Origin: Candidatus Aenigmatarchaeota archaeon
GTDB taxonomy: Archaea; Aenigmatarchaeota; Aenigmatarchaeia; CG10238-14; SpSt-28
DNA: 64,000 nucleotides
Direction: 5' to 3'
Assembly (NCBI GenBank): GCA_039000985.1
Contig: JAWBMD010000001.1
Coordinates: 1,877 to 65,876 of the forward strand
Below, one piece after another: positions 18,086 through 27,650 of the stretch (positions are counted from its first letter, which is position 1; every line of letters starts with the position of its first letter). The notes beneath the pieces were generated by a model. That model saw nothing but the letters and a program-made list of their open reading frames with translations. It made no database searches and was not told the origin of the DNA. The position numbers were made by a program, and so were the translations under genes.

Positions 18086-19746
18086 ATTCTCTTCCTTATT
18101 TTATATTTATAATTGAGTTTTATTATATAGTTTCTTAATGTATTTATCAAATCAAAAATAAAGAGAAGCAAAATGAGAAGTGAGATTATTAAAATAATAG
18201 ATGAAATTAATCTATTTTCTATTATAATCGATAGAGCTATGGAAGAAATTATAATAGCCATATAAAATATAATATCAAAAACACTTCCTGTTATTTTAAT
18301 GTTTATTTTTTTAAGTGTTGAGAAAAATACATCAGCAATTTTATAGAAACAATAAATTGAAACAAATATTAAAAGTATCAATGAAACACTTCCTGTTACA
18401 ACATTTTCTGACATGTATTTAAATATGATTGGAATTAAAGCTAATGAAATAAAAAGTAATGAAAAGTAATATATTGTTCTATATTTTTCTTCTCCTAATG
18501 CATTTACTAGTTTTGCTTTCAAACTAAAGTAATTCTGAAATAATTGTCGTAATGGTATAACTTTTCTTTCTATATTTTCACCAAGTATCATTTTTATAAA
18601 ACCATATATTTTTTCTTCATTTTTAATTAAAAAATAAGAAGAGAGAAATGTAGTTAGAACACATCCACTAACAATTCCTAAAAAATCTTCTGTTAGCAAA
18701 CCAGCTTTTATACCAACTAAAGCTATGTACATGGATACTTCTCCAATAACAACCATCGATAAACCAGCAAATAACGATGATCTTATATCAAATCCAGAAA
18801 TAAATGCACCAAGTGTAACGGAAAATATTTTACCAATTATAACAGCAAGAGAGAAAATTACTACATAAGTTAAACTAGAAACAAATACAAAAGGACTTAT
18901 TTTCATCCCCATCGATACAAAAAATATAGAAATAAATAAAATAGAAAAGTTTTTAGCAAATTTAAAAATGTTTTTAAAATTTCCGATATTGGAAATAATG
19001 CTTCCAGCAATAAATGCACCAACAGCAGGAGATAAGCCGAGAAGTGTTGCTAAGTATGTTAATAGCATTAAAATGAAAAATGAAAAAAGATATATACCTT
19101 CCTCTCCAAAGCCATAAATTTTTGGTAAAATTTTGTTTGAGAATGTAGTAATGGAAAATATTGTTATTAAAACTACAGATAGCGCTTTTATTATTGAGAA
19201 TATAGTATATTCAATAGAAAAATTGTTTCCAATAGCTATACTAGATATAGTTGAAAGCAAAAATACAATAACTAAATCTTCAAGAAATGAAATACCAACA
19301 ATGCTTGAAATTATATTTTCCCTACCTTTTTCTAAATTCATTTCTTTTATTAATCTTAGTAAAACTGCTGTACCTGTATTGCAAAATATTATAGCCATTA
19401 TTAGCGAAGGACCTATGCCAAAACCAAGTAATCTAGCTATTGAGTATGAAAGCACGAATGTTATAAGCAATTCTATTATAAACATTATATATGGTCCTAA
19501 TCCAAGTTTTTTTAATCTGGAAAAATTATATTCCATACCAATAAGGAAAAACAAGAGTATTGCTCCTATTTCACTTAAAATATCTATTATAGGATCTTCT
19601 TTAATAATTGATATTCCATTTGGTCCTATGATCATTCCAAGTATTATTAAAACTATAACAGCAGGAATTTTCGACTTACTATATATTAATAAAGAAACTA
19701 ATGATGCAAATGCAATAATTCCAAGTGGTAAAAATAGTTCAGACAT
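18079..19746 (-). CDS. Cation:proton antiporter (CPA2/Kef-type)
   Basis: About 12 TM helices and a Na_H_Exchanger-like N-terminal region. The 3' end overlaps tRNA-Gly. Confidence 0.65.
   Translation of the reverse strand: MSELFLPLGIIAFASLVSLLIYSKSKIPAVIVLIILGMIIGPNGISIIKEDPIIDILSEIGAILLFFLIGMEYNFSRLKKLGLGPYIMFIIELLITFVLSYSIARLLGFGIGPSLIMAIIFCNTGTAVLLRLIKEMNLEKGRENIISSIVGISFLEDLVIVFLLSTISSIAIGNNFSIEYTIFSIIKALSVVLITIFSITTFSNKILPKIYGFGEEGIYLFSFFILMLLTYLATLLGLSPAVGAFIAGSIISNIGNFKNIFKFAKNFSILFISIFFVSMGMKISPFVFVSSLTYVVIFSLAVIIGKIFSVTLGAFISGFDIRSSLFAGLSMVVIGEVSMYIALVGIKAGLLTEDFLGIVSGCVLTTFLSSYFLIKNEEKIYGFIKMILGENIERKVIPLRQLFQNYFSLKAKLVNALGEEKYRTIYYFSLLFISLALIPIIFKYMSENVVTGSVSLILLIFVSIYCFYKIADVFFSTLKKINIKITGSVFDIIFYMAIIISSIALSIIIENRLISSIILIISLLILLLFIFDLINTLRNYIIKLNYKYKIRKRMR
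18086..18125 (-). promoter_or_regulatory. Candidate TATA-box promoter for tRNA-Gly(UCC), lying inside the antiporter 3' coding end
   Basis: tttatatttataa about 15-27 nt upstream of the tRNA 5' end. Confidence 0.25.
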
Positions 19747-19775
19747 AATATATTGTTTTGTGATAGAATTAAATT

Positions 19776-20426
19776 ATGAAAATACTAATAATGGGTCCTC
19801 ATGGCTCTGGAAAAACTACATTAGGAAAAATGCTTTCACAACATTATAATATTCCATTTATTTCATCTGGTGAAATTCTTAGAGAATATTCTAAATTTGA
19901 TGAAAATATAAAAAGATTTTTGGAGAGCAAAACATATGTTACTGATGACATAGTTAATGAAATAATTTTGAAATATTTGCTTAGCGAGAATTGCAAAAAT
20001 GGATTTATATTAGAAGGTTACCCAAGGACGATAACCCAATTATATTTTCTTGAGAAACATTTTGATATAGATTTTGTTTTGAATTTAATAGTTAGAGAAG
20101 ATGTTTTGATGGATAGGTTGCTTTATAGATTAGTTTGTCCATCTTGCAAAGCAAATTATAACACAAAACTTAAACCTCCTAAAAATGATGAGTTATGTGA
20201 TGTTTGTAATGTTAAGCTTGAAAAAAGAATTGAAGATACTGAAGAAGGAATTAAAAAAAGATATGAGGAATATTTAAGCAAAACAACTCCTGTATTGGAA
20301 ATTTACAAAAGGAAGGGGAAAGTTATTGATGTCGATGTTAGCGAAAATGATTTAAACAAAAACTTTGAAAAGTGTATTAAAATTATTGATGAATTTAGAA
20401 GAAATAGAGGAAAAAATAAGGAATAA
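19776..20426 (+). CDS. adk: Adenylate kinase (long type with zinc-binding lid)
   Basis: P-loop GPHGSGKTT. LID with CPSC...CDVC. Confidence 0.85.
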   Translation: MKILIMGPHGSGKTTLGKMLSQHYNIPFISSGEILREYSKFDENIKRFLESKTYVTDDIVNEIILKYLLSENCKNGFILEGYPRTITQLYFLEKHFDIDFVLNLIVREDVLMDRLLYRLVCPSCKANYNTKLKPPKNDELCDVCNVKLEKRIEDTEEGIKKRYEEYLSKTTPVLEIYKRKGKVIDVDVSENDLNKNFEKCIKIIDEFRRNRGKNKE

Positions 20427-20814
20427 AAAATCGATAGAAGAAGTTTTAAAATTTTTAACATGGAAAGATTTCGAGCTTATTACTAAAGAGATTTTTGAGA
20501 GAAATGGTTTTAATGTTCGATTCAATTATCGCTTTAAAACTACTAAAAGATATCAAATAGATATATTAGCTGAGAAAAGAGATATACTGATTTGTGTTGA
20601 TTGTAAGCATTGGAGAAGAGGATATAAAGTTGGTAGAATAAAAAAAGCTGCTTTAAAGCAGAAAGAGAGAATTAATGAACTAATGAAAATTTTGAAAGAG
20701 AAAAAAATAGTTCCAATTATTTTAACTTTGTTAGATATGGGAATTTATGAGTTTGAGAATGTTTTCATAATTCCGATTTTTTATTTGAATGAGTTTTTAA
20801 ATTCTAACTTTTAG
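20365..20814 (+). CDS. Mrr_cat-type restriction-endonuclease-fold (PD-(D/E)xK) protein
   Basis: QIDILAEKRDILICVDCKHWRRGYKVG matches the Mrr catalytic-core D...(E/D)xK...QCKRW pattern. Confidence 0.5.
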   Translation: MKSVLKLLMNLEEIEEKIRNKKSIEEVLKFLTWKDFELITKEIFERNGFNVRFNYRFKTTKRYQIDILAEKRDILICVDCKHWRRGYKVGRIKKAALKQKERINELMKILKEKKIVPIILTLLDMGIYEFENVFIIPIFYLNEFLNSNF

Positions 20815-21040
20815 TTTTCATGAACAATTTGCAAGCAATTATATGACTACATTCCTTTAATTTTAAAGAAAAATATTTGCAATCGCAAAACCATTCTTTT
20901 TTTTCTTTATCAAAAAAAACTGAGTGAATTTCATTGCTTTTAACACTAAAATAAATTCTTTTTTCTGTTTCAAAATCCAATTTTACTTTTTTTTCTCTTA
21001 AAAATCTATAAGCTTTTAGTTTTTTGTATAATTTGCTCAT
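20804..21040 (-). CDS. SWIM zinc-finger protein
   Basis: CDCKYFSLKLKECSHIIAC = CxCx(n)CxH. Confidence 0.5.
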   Translation of the reverse strand: MSKLYKKLKAYRFLREKKVKLDFETEKRIYFSVKSNEIHSVFFDKEKKEWFCDCKYFSLKLKECSHIIACKLFMKTKS

Positions 21041-21048
21041 AAATAATT

Positions 21049-21678
21049 ATGATAACAAAAGAAAAATTAGCAATTTTTTTGTCAAAACTGAAAAAAGTAG
21101 AAAATCCAAAATATTGGTTAGAGCAATATAGCTTATCTTCGGAGTTAGCAGCTGAAATATTATGGTTAGCTCATTTGAGTAAAGATATAAAAAATAAAAT
21201 AATTTTGGATTTAGGTTGTGGAAATGGAATATTAGCTATAGGAGCAAAAAAGCTTGGCGCTAAATATTGTATTGGTTTGGATATTGATAAAGAAAGCATA
21301 AAAACTGCTTTAGAAAATTCTAAGAAATTCAAAAAAATTTTTTATGTGCTTGGTGATGTTGAAAAATTTTATTTGAAAAGGAATGTTGATACTGTTATTC
21401 AAAACCCACCATTTGGATTAAAGAGTAAAAGACATGAAGATATAAAATTTTTAAAGAAGGCATTTTCTCTAGCTAAAAAAGTTTATTCGTTGCATAGAAA
21501 TGGTTATAAAAGAACTTTTAATTTTATAAAAAGCTTTGCCGAAAAAAATGGATTTAGCTTAGTTAATAGTTTTAAAATAAAACTCGAACTATTTAAAACA
21601 TTCAGTTTTCACAGAAGTTATAAAAAAGTTGTTGATGTTAGATTATATTGTTTTAGTTCAACAAAAAATTTATTTTAG
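21049..21678 (+). CDS. Class I SAM-dependent methyltransferase with NPPF motif (putative RNA N6-adenine methylase, COG2263-like)
   Basis: GCGNGILAIG (motif I). VIQNPPFG (motif IV). Confidence 0.6.
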   Translation: MITKEKLAIFLSKLKKVENPKYWLEQYSLSSELAAEILWLAHLSKDIKNKIILDLGCGNGILAIGAKKLGAKYCIGLDIDKESIKTALENSKKFKKIFYVLGDVEKFYLKRNVDTVIQNPPFGLKSKRHEDIKFLKKAFSLAKKVYSLHRNGYKRTFNFIKSFAEKNGFSLVNSFKIKLELFKTFSFHRSYKKVVDVRLYCFSSTKNLF

Positions 21679-21729
21679 ATTTGTTATAATATAATTATGG
21701 AGAAGAAAGCTAAAAAGAAGAAATAGATA

Positions 21730-24700
21730 TTAAGAGCAACCTGACGTAGCTCCACAAACTACACAAACAAAACAAGTTCCAGCTCTTATCATTAAGTTAC
21801 CACAAGTATAGCAACTTATTCCACTATTATTTACTTCCACTTTTTCTTTTTTTCTTTCTTGCTTATCCCCTTTTGTTAATCCTATTTCTTCTAGCTCTTC
21901 TTTACTAAGAAATTTAAAAGCTAGCCACTTAAATATGTAATCCAAAATAGAAGTAGCTACAGGTATTTCTTTATTTTCTGTCCAGCCAGAGGGTTCAAAT
22001 CTTGTATTAATGAATTTACTTACCAAATCTTTTAATGGTACTCCATATTGTAAAGCTACTGAGGTTAATATTGCAACTCCATCCATTAATCCAGCTAATG
22101 TACTTCCTTGTTTTGAAATTGTAACAAATATTTCTCCAGGTTTTCCATCTTCAAACAAACCAACATGTATGTAGCCTTCTTGATTACCAACTCTAAATTT
22201 ATGCGTTATTGATTTTCTTTCTGGAGGCAATCTTCTTTTTTCCAGCTTTTTCTCCTTTGGAAATAGTTCCTCAATCTTTGAATATAGTGCTTGAATTGTT
22301 TTGCTACCATCTCTATAAATCGAAATTGATTTTAAACCAAGTTTCCAAGCTTCTATGTAAATATCTTTAATATCTTCAATACTTGCTTCATTTGGTAGAT
22401 TAACTGTTTTACTTATCCCTCCACTTAAAAGTGGTTGTATAGTTGCCATCATTTTCACATGTGCAATTGGTTGTATGAATCTTTTACCTTTTTTTCCACA
22501 TTTAACAGCACAATCAAATGTGGAATAATGCTCTGGTTTAATGTGAGGTGCCCCCTCAATTGTTTGAGTTCCACAAATATATTCGTTTGCAATTTCTATT
22601 TCCTTATCGCTAAAACCAAGTGATTTTAATAAATCAAAATTAAGATCCTTATATTCATTTTCTTCAAATCCTAGTTTTTTCATGCAATCCTCTCCCAAAA
22701 ATGATGGATTAAATACTAATTTAATATCCATAATATTTGGTAGAGCATTTTCTATTTTCTCTATATCAGTTTCATCAAATCCGATTTCTAACAATTTTTC
22801 TTTGTTTATGAAGGGAGCATTTTCTAGTGTATTATGACCAAGCACATATTTTACAATATCTTCTATTTGTTCTTTAGTATAACCTAAATTGCTTAATGCT
22901 ATTAAAAATGATTTATTTACTATTTTCAAATATCCACCACCAGCCAATTTTTTAAATTTAACTAATGAATAATCCGGTTCAATTCCAGTAGTATCAGCAT
23001 CCATTACAAATGATATTGTACCAGTTGGTGCAATTAATGTGACTTGAGCATTTCTATAACCAAATCTTTCACCCAAAAACAAAGCTTTATCCCAAAGTTT
23101 TAAAAGCTCTTTGCTAATATATTCGGGAATGAAAGAATGATTTAAAACAACAGGTTTTATGCTCAATCCTTCAAATTCTTCTTCATTAGCACCATAAGCA
23201 GCTTTTCTATGATTTCTAATTACTTTTAGCATATACTCTCTATTTTTTTCAAACTCTGGAAATGGTCCTTTAAAGCTTGCTATTTCTGCACTAGTAATAT
23301 AGCATTGAGCTGTCATTATTCCTGTTATTGCTCCAGCTAAGTTTCTTGCTTGCTCACTATCATATGGTAAACCCATTATCATTAAAAGTGAACCTAAATT
23401 TGTATAACCCAATCCAAGTGGTCTAGTTTTATAACTATTTTCAGCAATTTCTTTTGATGGAAATGAAGCAGCATCTACTGTTATATCTAAAACAATTGTC
23501 CAAAGTCTAACAACATGTTTAAATTTTTCCAAATCAAAAGTTTTGGATTTAAAATCATAAAATTTAACTAAGTTTATTGATGCCAAATTACAAGCTGTGT
23601 TATCTAAAAATATGAATTCGCTACATGGATTCGTTGCATTTATTCTTCCTGTTAATGGAACAGTATTCCACTCATTTATAGTATCATCATATTGTAAAGC
23701 TGGGTCACCACATTCCCAAGTAGCTTTTGAGATAAGTTCTAATAAATAGGAAGCTTTGATTACTTTTGCTATTTTTTTATCAGTTCTTCTTATTAAGTTC
23801 CAATCCTCATTATTTATAGCTATTCTCATGAATTCATTAGTTACTCTTACACTATTATTAGAATTTTGTCCAAAAACAGTTGAGCTCATTTCATCTATAT
23901 CTAAATTAGCTAAACCAGATTTTACTAATGCCAAATATTTTCTTTCTTCTTTAACTTTCCACATTATGAAATCTTCTATTTCTGGGTGATCTGCATTTAA
24001 AATAACCATTTTTGCAGATCTTCTAACTCTCCCACCACTTTTTATGCTATTTGCAGCAACGTCAAAAATTTTCAAAAATGAAATAACTCCACTTGAAAAT
24101 CCACCTCCACTTAAAGGCTCTCCTTTTGCTCTTAAAGGAGAAAAGTTTATTCCACTTCCAGCACCAAACTTGAATATTTTCACTTCTTTATTCAACAAAT
24201 CCATTATTCCTCCTTCATTAAGTAAGTCGTCTTTTATCGATTGAATAAAACATGCATGCACTAAAGGTCTTGAATAAGAATCTTCACTTTCTTTTATTGT
24301 TCCACTTTCGGGATCAAAATAATATAATCCAGCTTCACTACCTTTTATTCCATATAGTAAATTTAAGCCAGCATTAAACCATTGTGGTGAGTTTGGAGCA
24401 GCAATTTGAAATATTAATGTATAGCCAACTTCGGCTTCAAAAGCATTTGCATCTTCTTTACTAGCAAACATTCCATTTTTTTCTCCAAAGTATCTCCAAA
24501 ATTTAACAAGTCTTCTAACTACTTGCTTTAATGAGCTTTCATATTTTACTTCTGGGACATCACCTTTTCTAAAATATTTTTGTGCTAATATATCTGCAGC
24601 TGTCTGGCTCCAGAATTCAGGAACTTCAACATTATCCATTTCAAAAATAACTTTCCCACCAATATCTTTAATTTCACATTTTCTTTTACTCCATTTTACA

Positions 24701-24795
24701 TAGTTGAAAACATCCTCTAAGGTTTCCCCATGTTTTGTAAAAACTCTTGGTATTTTTAGTCCAGTTTTTGTTGCAAGTATTTCAATTTTATCCAT
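21730..24795 (-). CDS. nrdJ: Adenosylcobalamin-dependent ribonucleoside-diphosphate reductase (class II) with C-terminal zinc ribbon
   Basis: 1021 aa. Typical class II RNR core with catalytic NPCSE and C-terminal CYTCG...CVVCG. Confidence 0.9.
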   Translation of the reverse strand: MDKIEILATKTGLKIPRVFTKHGETLEDVFNYVKWSKRKCEIKDIGGKVIFEMDNVEVPEFWSQTAADILAQKYFRKGDVPEVKYESSLKQVVRRLVKFWRYFGEKNGMFASKEDANAFEAEVGYTLIFQIAAPNSPQWFNAGLNLLYGIKGSEAGLYYFDPESGTIKESEDSYSRPLVHACFIQSIKDDLLNEGGIMDLLNKEVKIFKFGAGSGINFSPLRAKGEPLSGGGFSSGVISFLKIFDVAANSIKSGGRVRRSAKMVILNADHPEIEDFIMWKVKEERKYLALVKSGLANLDIDEMSSTVFGQNSNNSVRVTNEFMRIAINNEDWNLIRRTDKKIAKVIKASYLLELISKATWECGDPALQYDDTINEWNTVPLTGRINATNPCSEFIFLDNTACNLASINLVKFYDFKSKTFDLEKFKHVVRLWTIVLDITVDAASFPSKEIAENSYKTRPLGLGYTNLGSLLMIMGLPYDSEQARNLAGAITGIMTAQCYITSAEIASFKGPFPEFEKNREYMLKVIRNHRKAAYGANEEEFEGLSIKPVVLNHSFIPEYISKELLKLWDKALFLGERFGYRNAQVTLIAPTGTISFVMDADTTGIEPDYSLVKFKKLAGGGYLKIVNKSFLIALSNLGYTKEQIEDIVKYVLGHNTLENAPFINKEKLLEIGFDETDIEKIENALPNIMDIKLVFNPSFLGEDCMKKLGFEENEYKDLNFDLLKSLGFSDKEIEIANEYICGTQTIEGAPHIKPEHYSTFDCAVKCGKKGKRFIQPIAHVKMMATIQPLLSGGISKTVNLPNEASIEDIKDIYIEAWKLGLKSISIYRDGSKTIQALYSKIEELFPKEKKLEKRRLPPERKSITHKFRVGNQEGYIHVGLFEDGKPGEIFVTISKQGSTLAGLMDGVAILTSVALQYGVPLKDLVSKFINTRFEPSGWTENKEIPVATSILDYIFKWLAFKFLSKEELEEIGLTKGDKQERKKEKVEVNNSGISCYTCGNLMIRAGTCFVCVVCGATSGCS

Positions 24796-24850
24796 ACAAT
24801 TTAATATCTTTCTCTATTTAAATTTTTTTATTGACAACAAACTATATTTT

Positions 24851-25243
24851 TTATTTTATTTGTTTTAGTGTTTTTATTCCAAGAACTTCAAAATATTGAA
24901 TTTCTTTTCCAATTTCAAGCTTTCCTTTTAGTTCTTCTGGTATTTCTAATTCAAATGTTGAAAAATCATTTAAATCCATTAACTGAACCTTTTCTCCTAT
25001 AAAAGCTATAACTTGGGCATTTTTCTTTAAGATTATTGGAACTTCAACTTCTTCATCAGATGGTGCAACAACACTTCTTCTTTTATCATCTAACAAGCCA
25101 ATTGCTTCTATTCTAACCTTAGATGCACCATGTTTACCGCTAGTAGAAATTTGTACTTTTTCAACTCTACAAGGTGCCCCATCTATTACTATAAAGCCAT
25201 TTGGTTTTAAATTCTTTATTTCTGTTTTTGTTACTTCTGTCAT
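24851..25243 (-). CDS. eif5a: Translation initiation factor 5A (aIF5A)
   Basis: Hypusine-loop STSGKHGASK. Confidence 0.85.
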   Translation of the reverse strand: MTEVTKTEIKNLKPNGFIVIDGAPCRVEKVQISTSGKHGASKVRIEAIGLLDDKRRSVVAPSDEEVEVPIILKKNAQVIAFIGEKVQLMDLNDFSTFELEIPEELKGKLEIGKEIQYFEVLGIKTLKQIK

Positions 25244-25404
25244 ATTAAATATAAAATTATTTCTATTATTGCCATACCCAAAGCAAAAAGTATTACATGA
25301 ATTGGTTTTAATTTTATTTTGCTTTTTTCTTCTTCAGGATATCTTATTAAGCCACCAATTCCAGCTGGGATATAAACTTTATCTTTCTTTGCCATAATGA
25401 TATT

Positions 25405-26175
25405 ATGAAAATTAAATTTTTAATAGCAAAAGAGCTTGGATTAAATAGCGAAATGATTAAATATATTCACTCCTACCAAAAAATTGGTGATATAATTATT
25501 GTAAAAATAGAAAAAGAAATTGAGGAATATAAAAATAAAATTGCTGAAATTTTGTTTAAAAATATACCAAATACAAAAACTGTTTGTAGAATTTTAGGTA
25601 TAGAAGGAGAAAAAAGAATTCCCCAAATAGAAATTTTAATTGGGAAGGATACAGAAACAATTCATAGGGAAAATAAATGTATTTTTAAGTTAGATGTTTC
25701 AAAAGTTATGTTTTCAAAAGGAAACTTGTTTGAGAGGAGAAGGTTGGTTGATTATGTAAATGATAATGAAAAAATAGTTGATATGTGTGCAGGTATAGGT
25801 TATTTTTCTATACCAATAGCAAAATTTAGAAAAGTTAAAATGGTTGTTTGTTTTGATATCAACAAAAATGCTATAAAATATTTGCTTGAAAATATAAAAC
25901 TAAATAAAATTGAAAATATATATCCTGTTATTGGTAATTCTTTAAAAGTTTTAAAGAGAAAAAAATTTTTTGATAGGGCAATAATTGGTTGCATTTTTAA
26001 TTCTTTTAAGTTTTTAGATTTAGCAAAGGAAATTGCTAGTGAAGTTACCTTTCATACATTAATTAAAAAAGAAGAGCTGGAAAGCTTTTTAAAAAGTTAT
26101 AATGTTTTAAGATATAGAAAGGTTAAAAGCTATGCTCCGCATATTTATCATTATGTTTTTGATATAAAATTTTAG
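25405..26175 (+). CDS. Trm5/Taw2-family tRNA methyltransferase
   Basis: VDMCAGIGYFSIP class I MTase core typical of Trm5/TYW2. A tRNA gene follows directly. Confidence 0.6.
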   Translation: MKIKFLIAKELGLNSEMIKYIHSYQKIGDIIIVKIEKEIEEYKNKIAEILFKNIPNTKTVCRILGIEGEKRIPQIEILIGKDTETIHRENKCIFKLDVSKVMFSKGNLFERRRLVDYVNDNEKIVDMCAGIGYFSIPIAKFRKVKMVVCFDINKNAIKYLLENIKLNKIENIYPVIGNSLKVLKRKKFFDRAIIGCIFNSFKFLDLAKEIASEVTFHTLIKKEELESFLKSYNVLRYRKVKSYAPHIYHYVFDIKF

Positions 26176-26176
26176 A

Positions 26177-26249
26177 GCGCCAGTCATCTAGCCTGGTAGG
26201 ATACGAGCTTCCCAAGCTCGGTGCCCGGGTTCAAATCCCGGCTGGCGCA
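26177..26249 (+). tRNA. tRNA-Gly (anticodon CCC)
   Basis: Acceptor GCGCCAG/CTGGCGC, anticodon stem CGAGC/GCTCG, loop TTCCCAA, T-arm CCGGG-TTCAAAT-CCCGG. 73 nt. Confidence 0.85.
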
Positions 26250-27535
26250 TATTTTTTTCTAATTGCATAAAAAGCAAGGCATCCTGTTAAAATAATACTA
26301 AAAATTATTACCAAAGCAATTAAGCTGGATTGTAGTATTAAAAAAATACAGAAAGTTAATCCAATAAAAGAAAGTAAAGGAAATTTACCAATATTTAAAG
26401 GTATTTTGAAAGGTCTTTTTATTTTTGACTTGCTAAACCTTAATTTTATTACAGAAGCATTTACGAAAGCAAAAATTATTAATGTCCCAATGCTTGTTGC
26501 CATTGCAACTATTTCTATTTCACCAGTTAGTGTAAACAAAATTGAAAACAACATGAAAACCATTATAGCAATATATGGTGTTCTTCTTTTTTTGTGGATA
26601 TGAGCTAAAAATTTTGGTAAAGAATTATGTTTTGCCATGCCATATATCATTCTTGATCCAACTATAAGAATTACAAGTACTGTATTGGCTGTTGCAAATA
26701 GTGCAATTATCCATAAAATAAAAAATGCTTCTTTTCCAATTGCTTTTGAAGCTACTAAAGCTAATGGTGCTTTTGAGCTTGCTAATTCTTGCCAGCTAAC
26801 TGTGCTTATAGCTGAGATTGAAACTAAAATATAAAGCAAGCTTGTAATTGTTATTGCCAAAATTGTCGCTTTTGGTAAAGTTTTTGTTGGCTTTTTGGTT
26901 TCTTCAGCAAGATTAACTATATTTTCAAATCCGATATAAGCAAAAAATATAAGAGTAGCTGCAGAAAAAATACCGCTTATACCAAATGGAGCTTCTAAAT
27001 AATTAACCTTTCCCAAATTTCCCAAACCTATAAAAATGATAAAGAGTAAACCAAGTGCTTCAATTATTGTAAAAGTTATGTTTAATTTAGCTGATTCTTC
27101 AATTCCATAAAAATTTAAAAAGGAAAGAACAACAATTAATAAAATTGCTATTAATGTAATTGAAAACGTTTTATTTGTGCTGATTGGAAATAATTCATGG
27201 AAATATCCACCAAAACCAAGAGCAACAGCAGAAGCACTTATTATTTCAACACAAATTATTAACCAACCTATCAAAAATGAAATTAAATCATTTTTAAATG
27301 CTTTTTTAACATAAACGTATTCAGCAGCAGATTTAGGATAAATAGAAGAAAGTTCACAATAGCTTAAACCAGTTAATGATGCTAATAAAGCACCGATTAT
27401 AAATGAAATCCAAAGTGAATTACCAGCAGTTTTAGATGCTTCTCCAATTAAAGCATAGATACCAGCTCCAAGTATTATCCCAACTCCATATAATGTAATT
27501 GCAAATAAACCAAGTGTTCTTTTAAGCTTTGCCAT
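26231..27535 (-). CDS. APC-family amino acid permease
   Basis: 12 TM segments with the GxG-rich N-terminal signature LGLFAITLYGVGIILGAGIY. The start codon lies 2 nt from the tRNA-Thr 3' end. Confidence 0.8.
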   Translation of the reverse strand: MAKLKRTLGLFAITLYGVGIILGAGIYALIGEASKTAGNSLWISFIIGALLASLTGLSYCELSSIYPKSAAEYVYVKKAFKNDLISFLIGWLIICVEIISASAVALGFGGYFHELFPISTNKTFSITLIAILLIVVLSFLNFYGIEESAKLNITFTIIEALGLLFIIFIGLGNLGKVNYLEAPFGISGIFSAATLIFFAYIGFENIVNLAEETKKPTKTLPKATILAITITSLLYILVSISAISTVSWQELASSKAPLALVASKAIGKEAFFILWIIALFATANTVLVILIVGSRMIYGMAKHNSLPKFLAHIHKKRRTPYIAIMVFMLFSILFTLTGEIEIVAMATSIGTLIIFAFVNASVIKLRFSKSKIKRPFKIPLNIGKFPLLSFIGLTFCIFLILQSSLIALVIIFSIILTGCLAFYAIRKKYAPAGI

Positions 27536-27536
27536 T

Positions 27537-27610
27537 AGCCCTGGGCGGGATTTGAACCCGCGACCTATTGCTTACCAAGCAATCGCTCTACCAGTCTGAG
27601 CTACCAGGGC
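27537..27610 (-). tRNA. tRNA-Thr (anticodon GGU)
   Basis: Acceptor GCCCTGG/CCAGGGC, anticodon stem ATTGC/GCAAT, loop TTGGTAA, T-arm GCGGG-TTCAAAT-CCCGC. 74 nt. Confidence 0.85.
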
Positions 27611-27624
27611 ATATTTAAATTCTT

Positions 27625-27650
27625 TTTCATTAAATTATTTATGGCATTCA
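27625..27650 (-). promoter_or_regulatory. Candidate TATA-like element upstream of tRNA-Thr
   Basis: aaataatttaa about 20-35 nt upstream of the tRNA 5' end. Confidence 0.2.

Noticed and set aside
19133-19849. Long antisense or alternative-frame ORFs inside confidently assigned genes. Examples: 19133-19849 inside the antiporter; 22435, 23756 and 24044 inside RNR; 52198, 52978 and 53368 inside polB; 34112-34681, 35995-36276, 36319-36528, 36631-37089, 37522-37965, 38963-39259, 45512-45994, 48447-48752, 54846-55214, 56268-56612; also 8243-8497 and 8492-8809.
   Set aside because: Low-complexity translations typical of AT-rich antisense frames (Ile/Phe/Lys/Asn-rich). Each is fully contained in a gene with strong homology-type signatures on the other strand or frame.
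20365-20814. The 149-aa PD-(D/E)xK protein, considered as Holliday-junction resolvase Hjc.
   Set aside because: It has VDCKHW rather than the Hjc IEVKS box. An N-terminal ~45-aa extension and a QCKRW-like segment fit the Mrr catalytic domain better. Left as a generic Mrr_cat nuclease.
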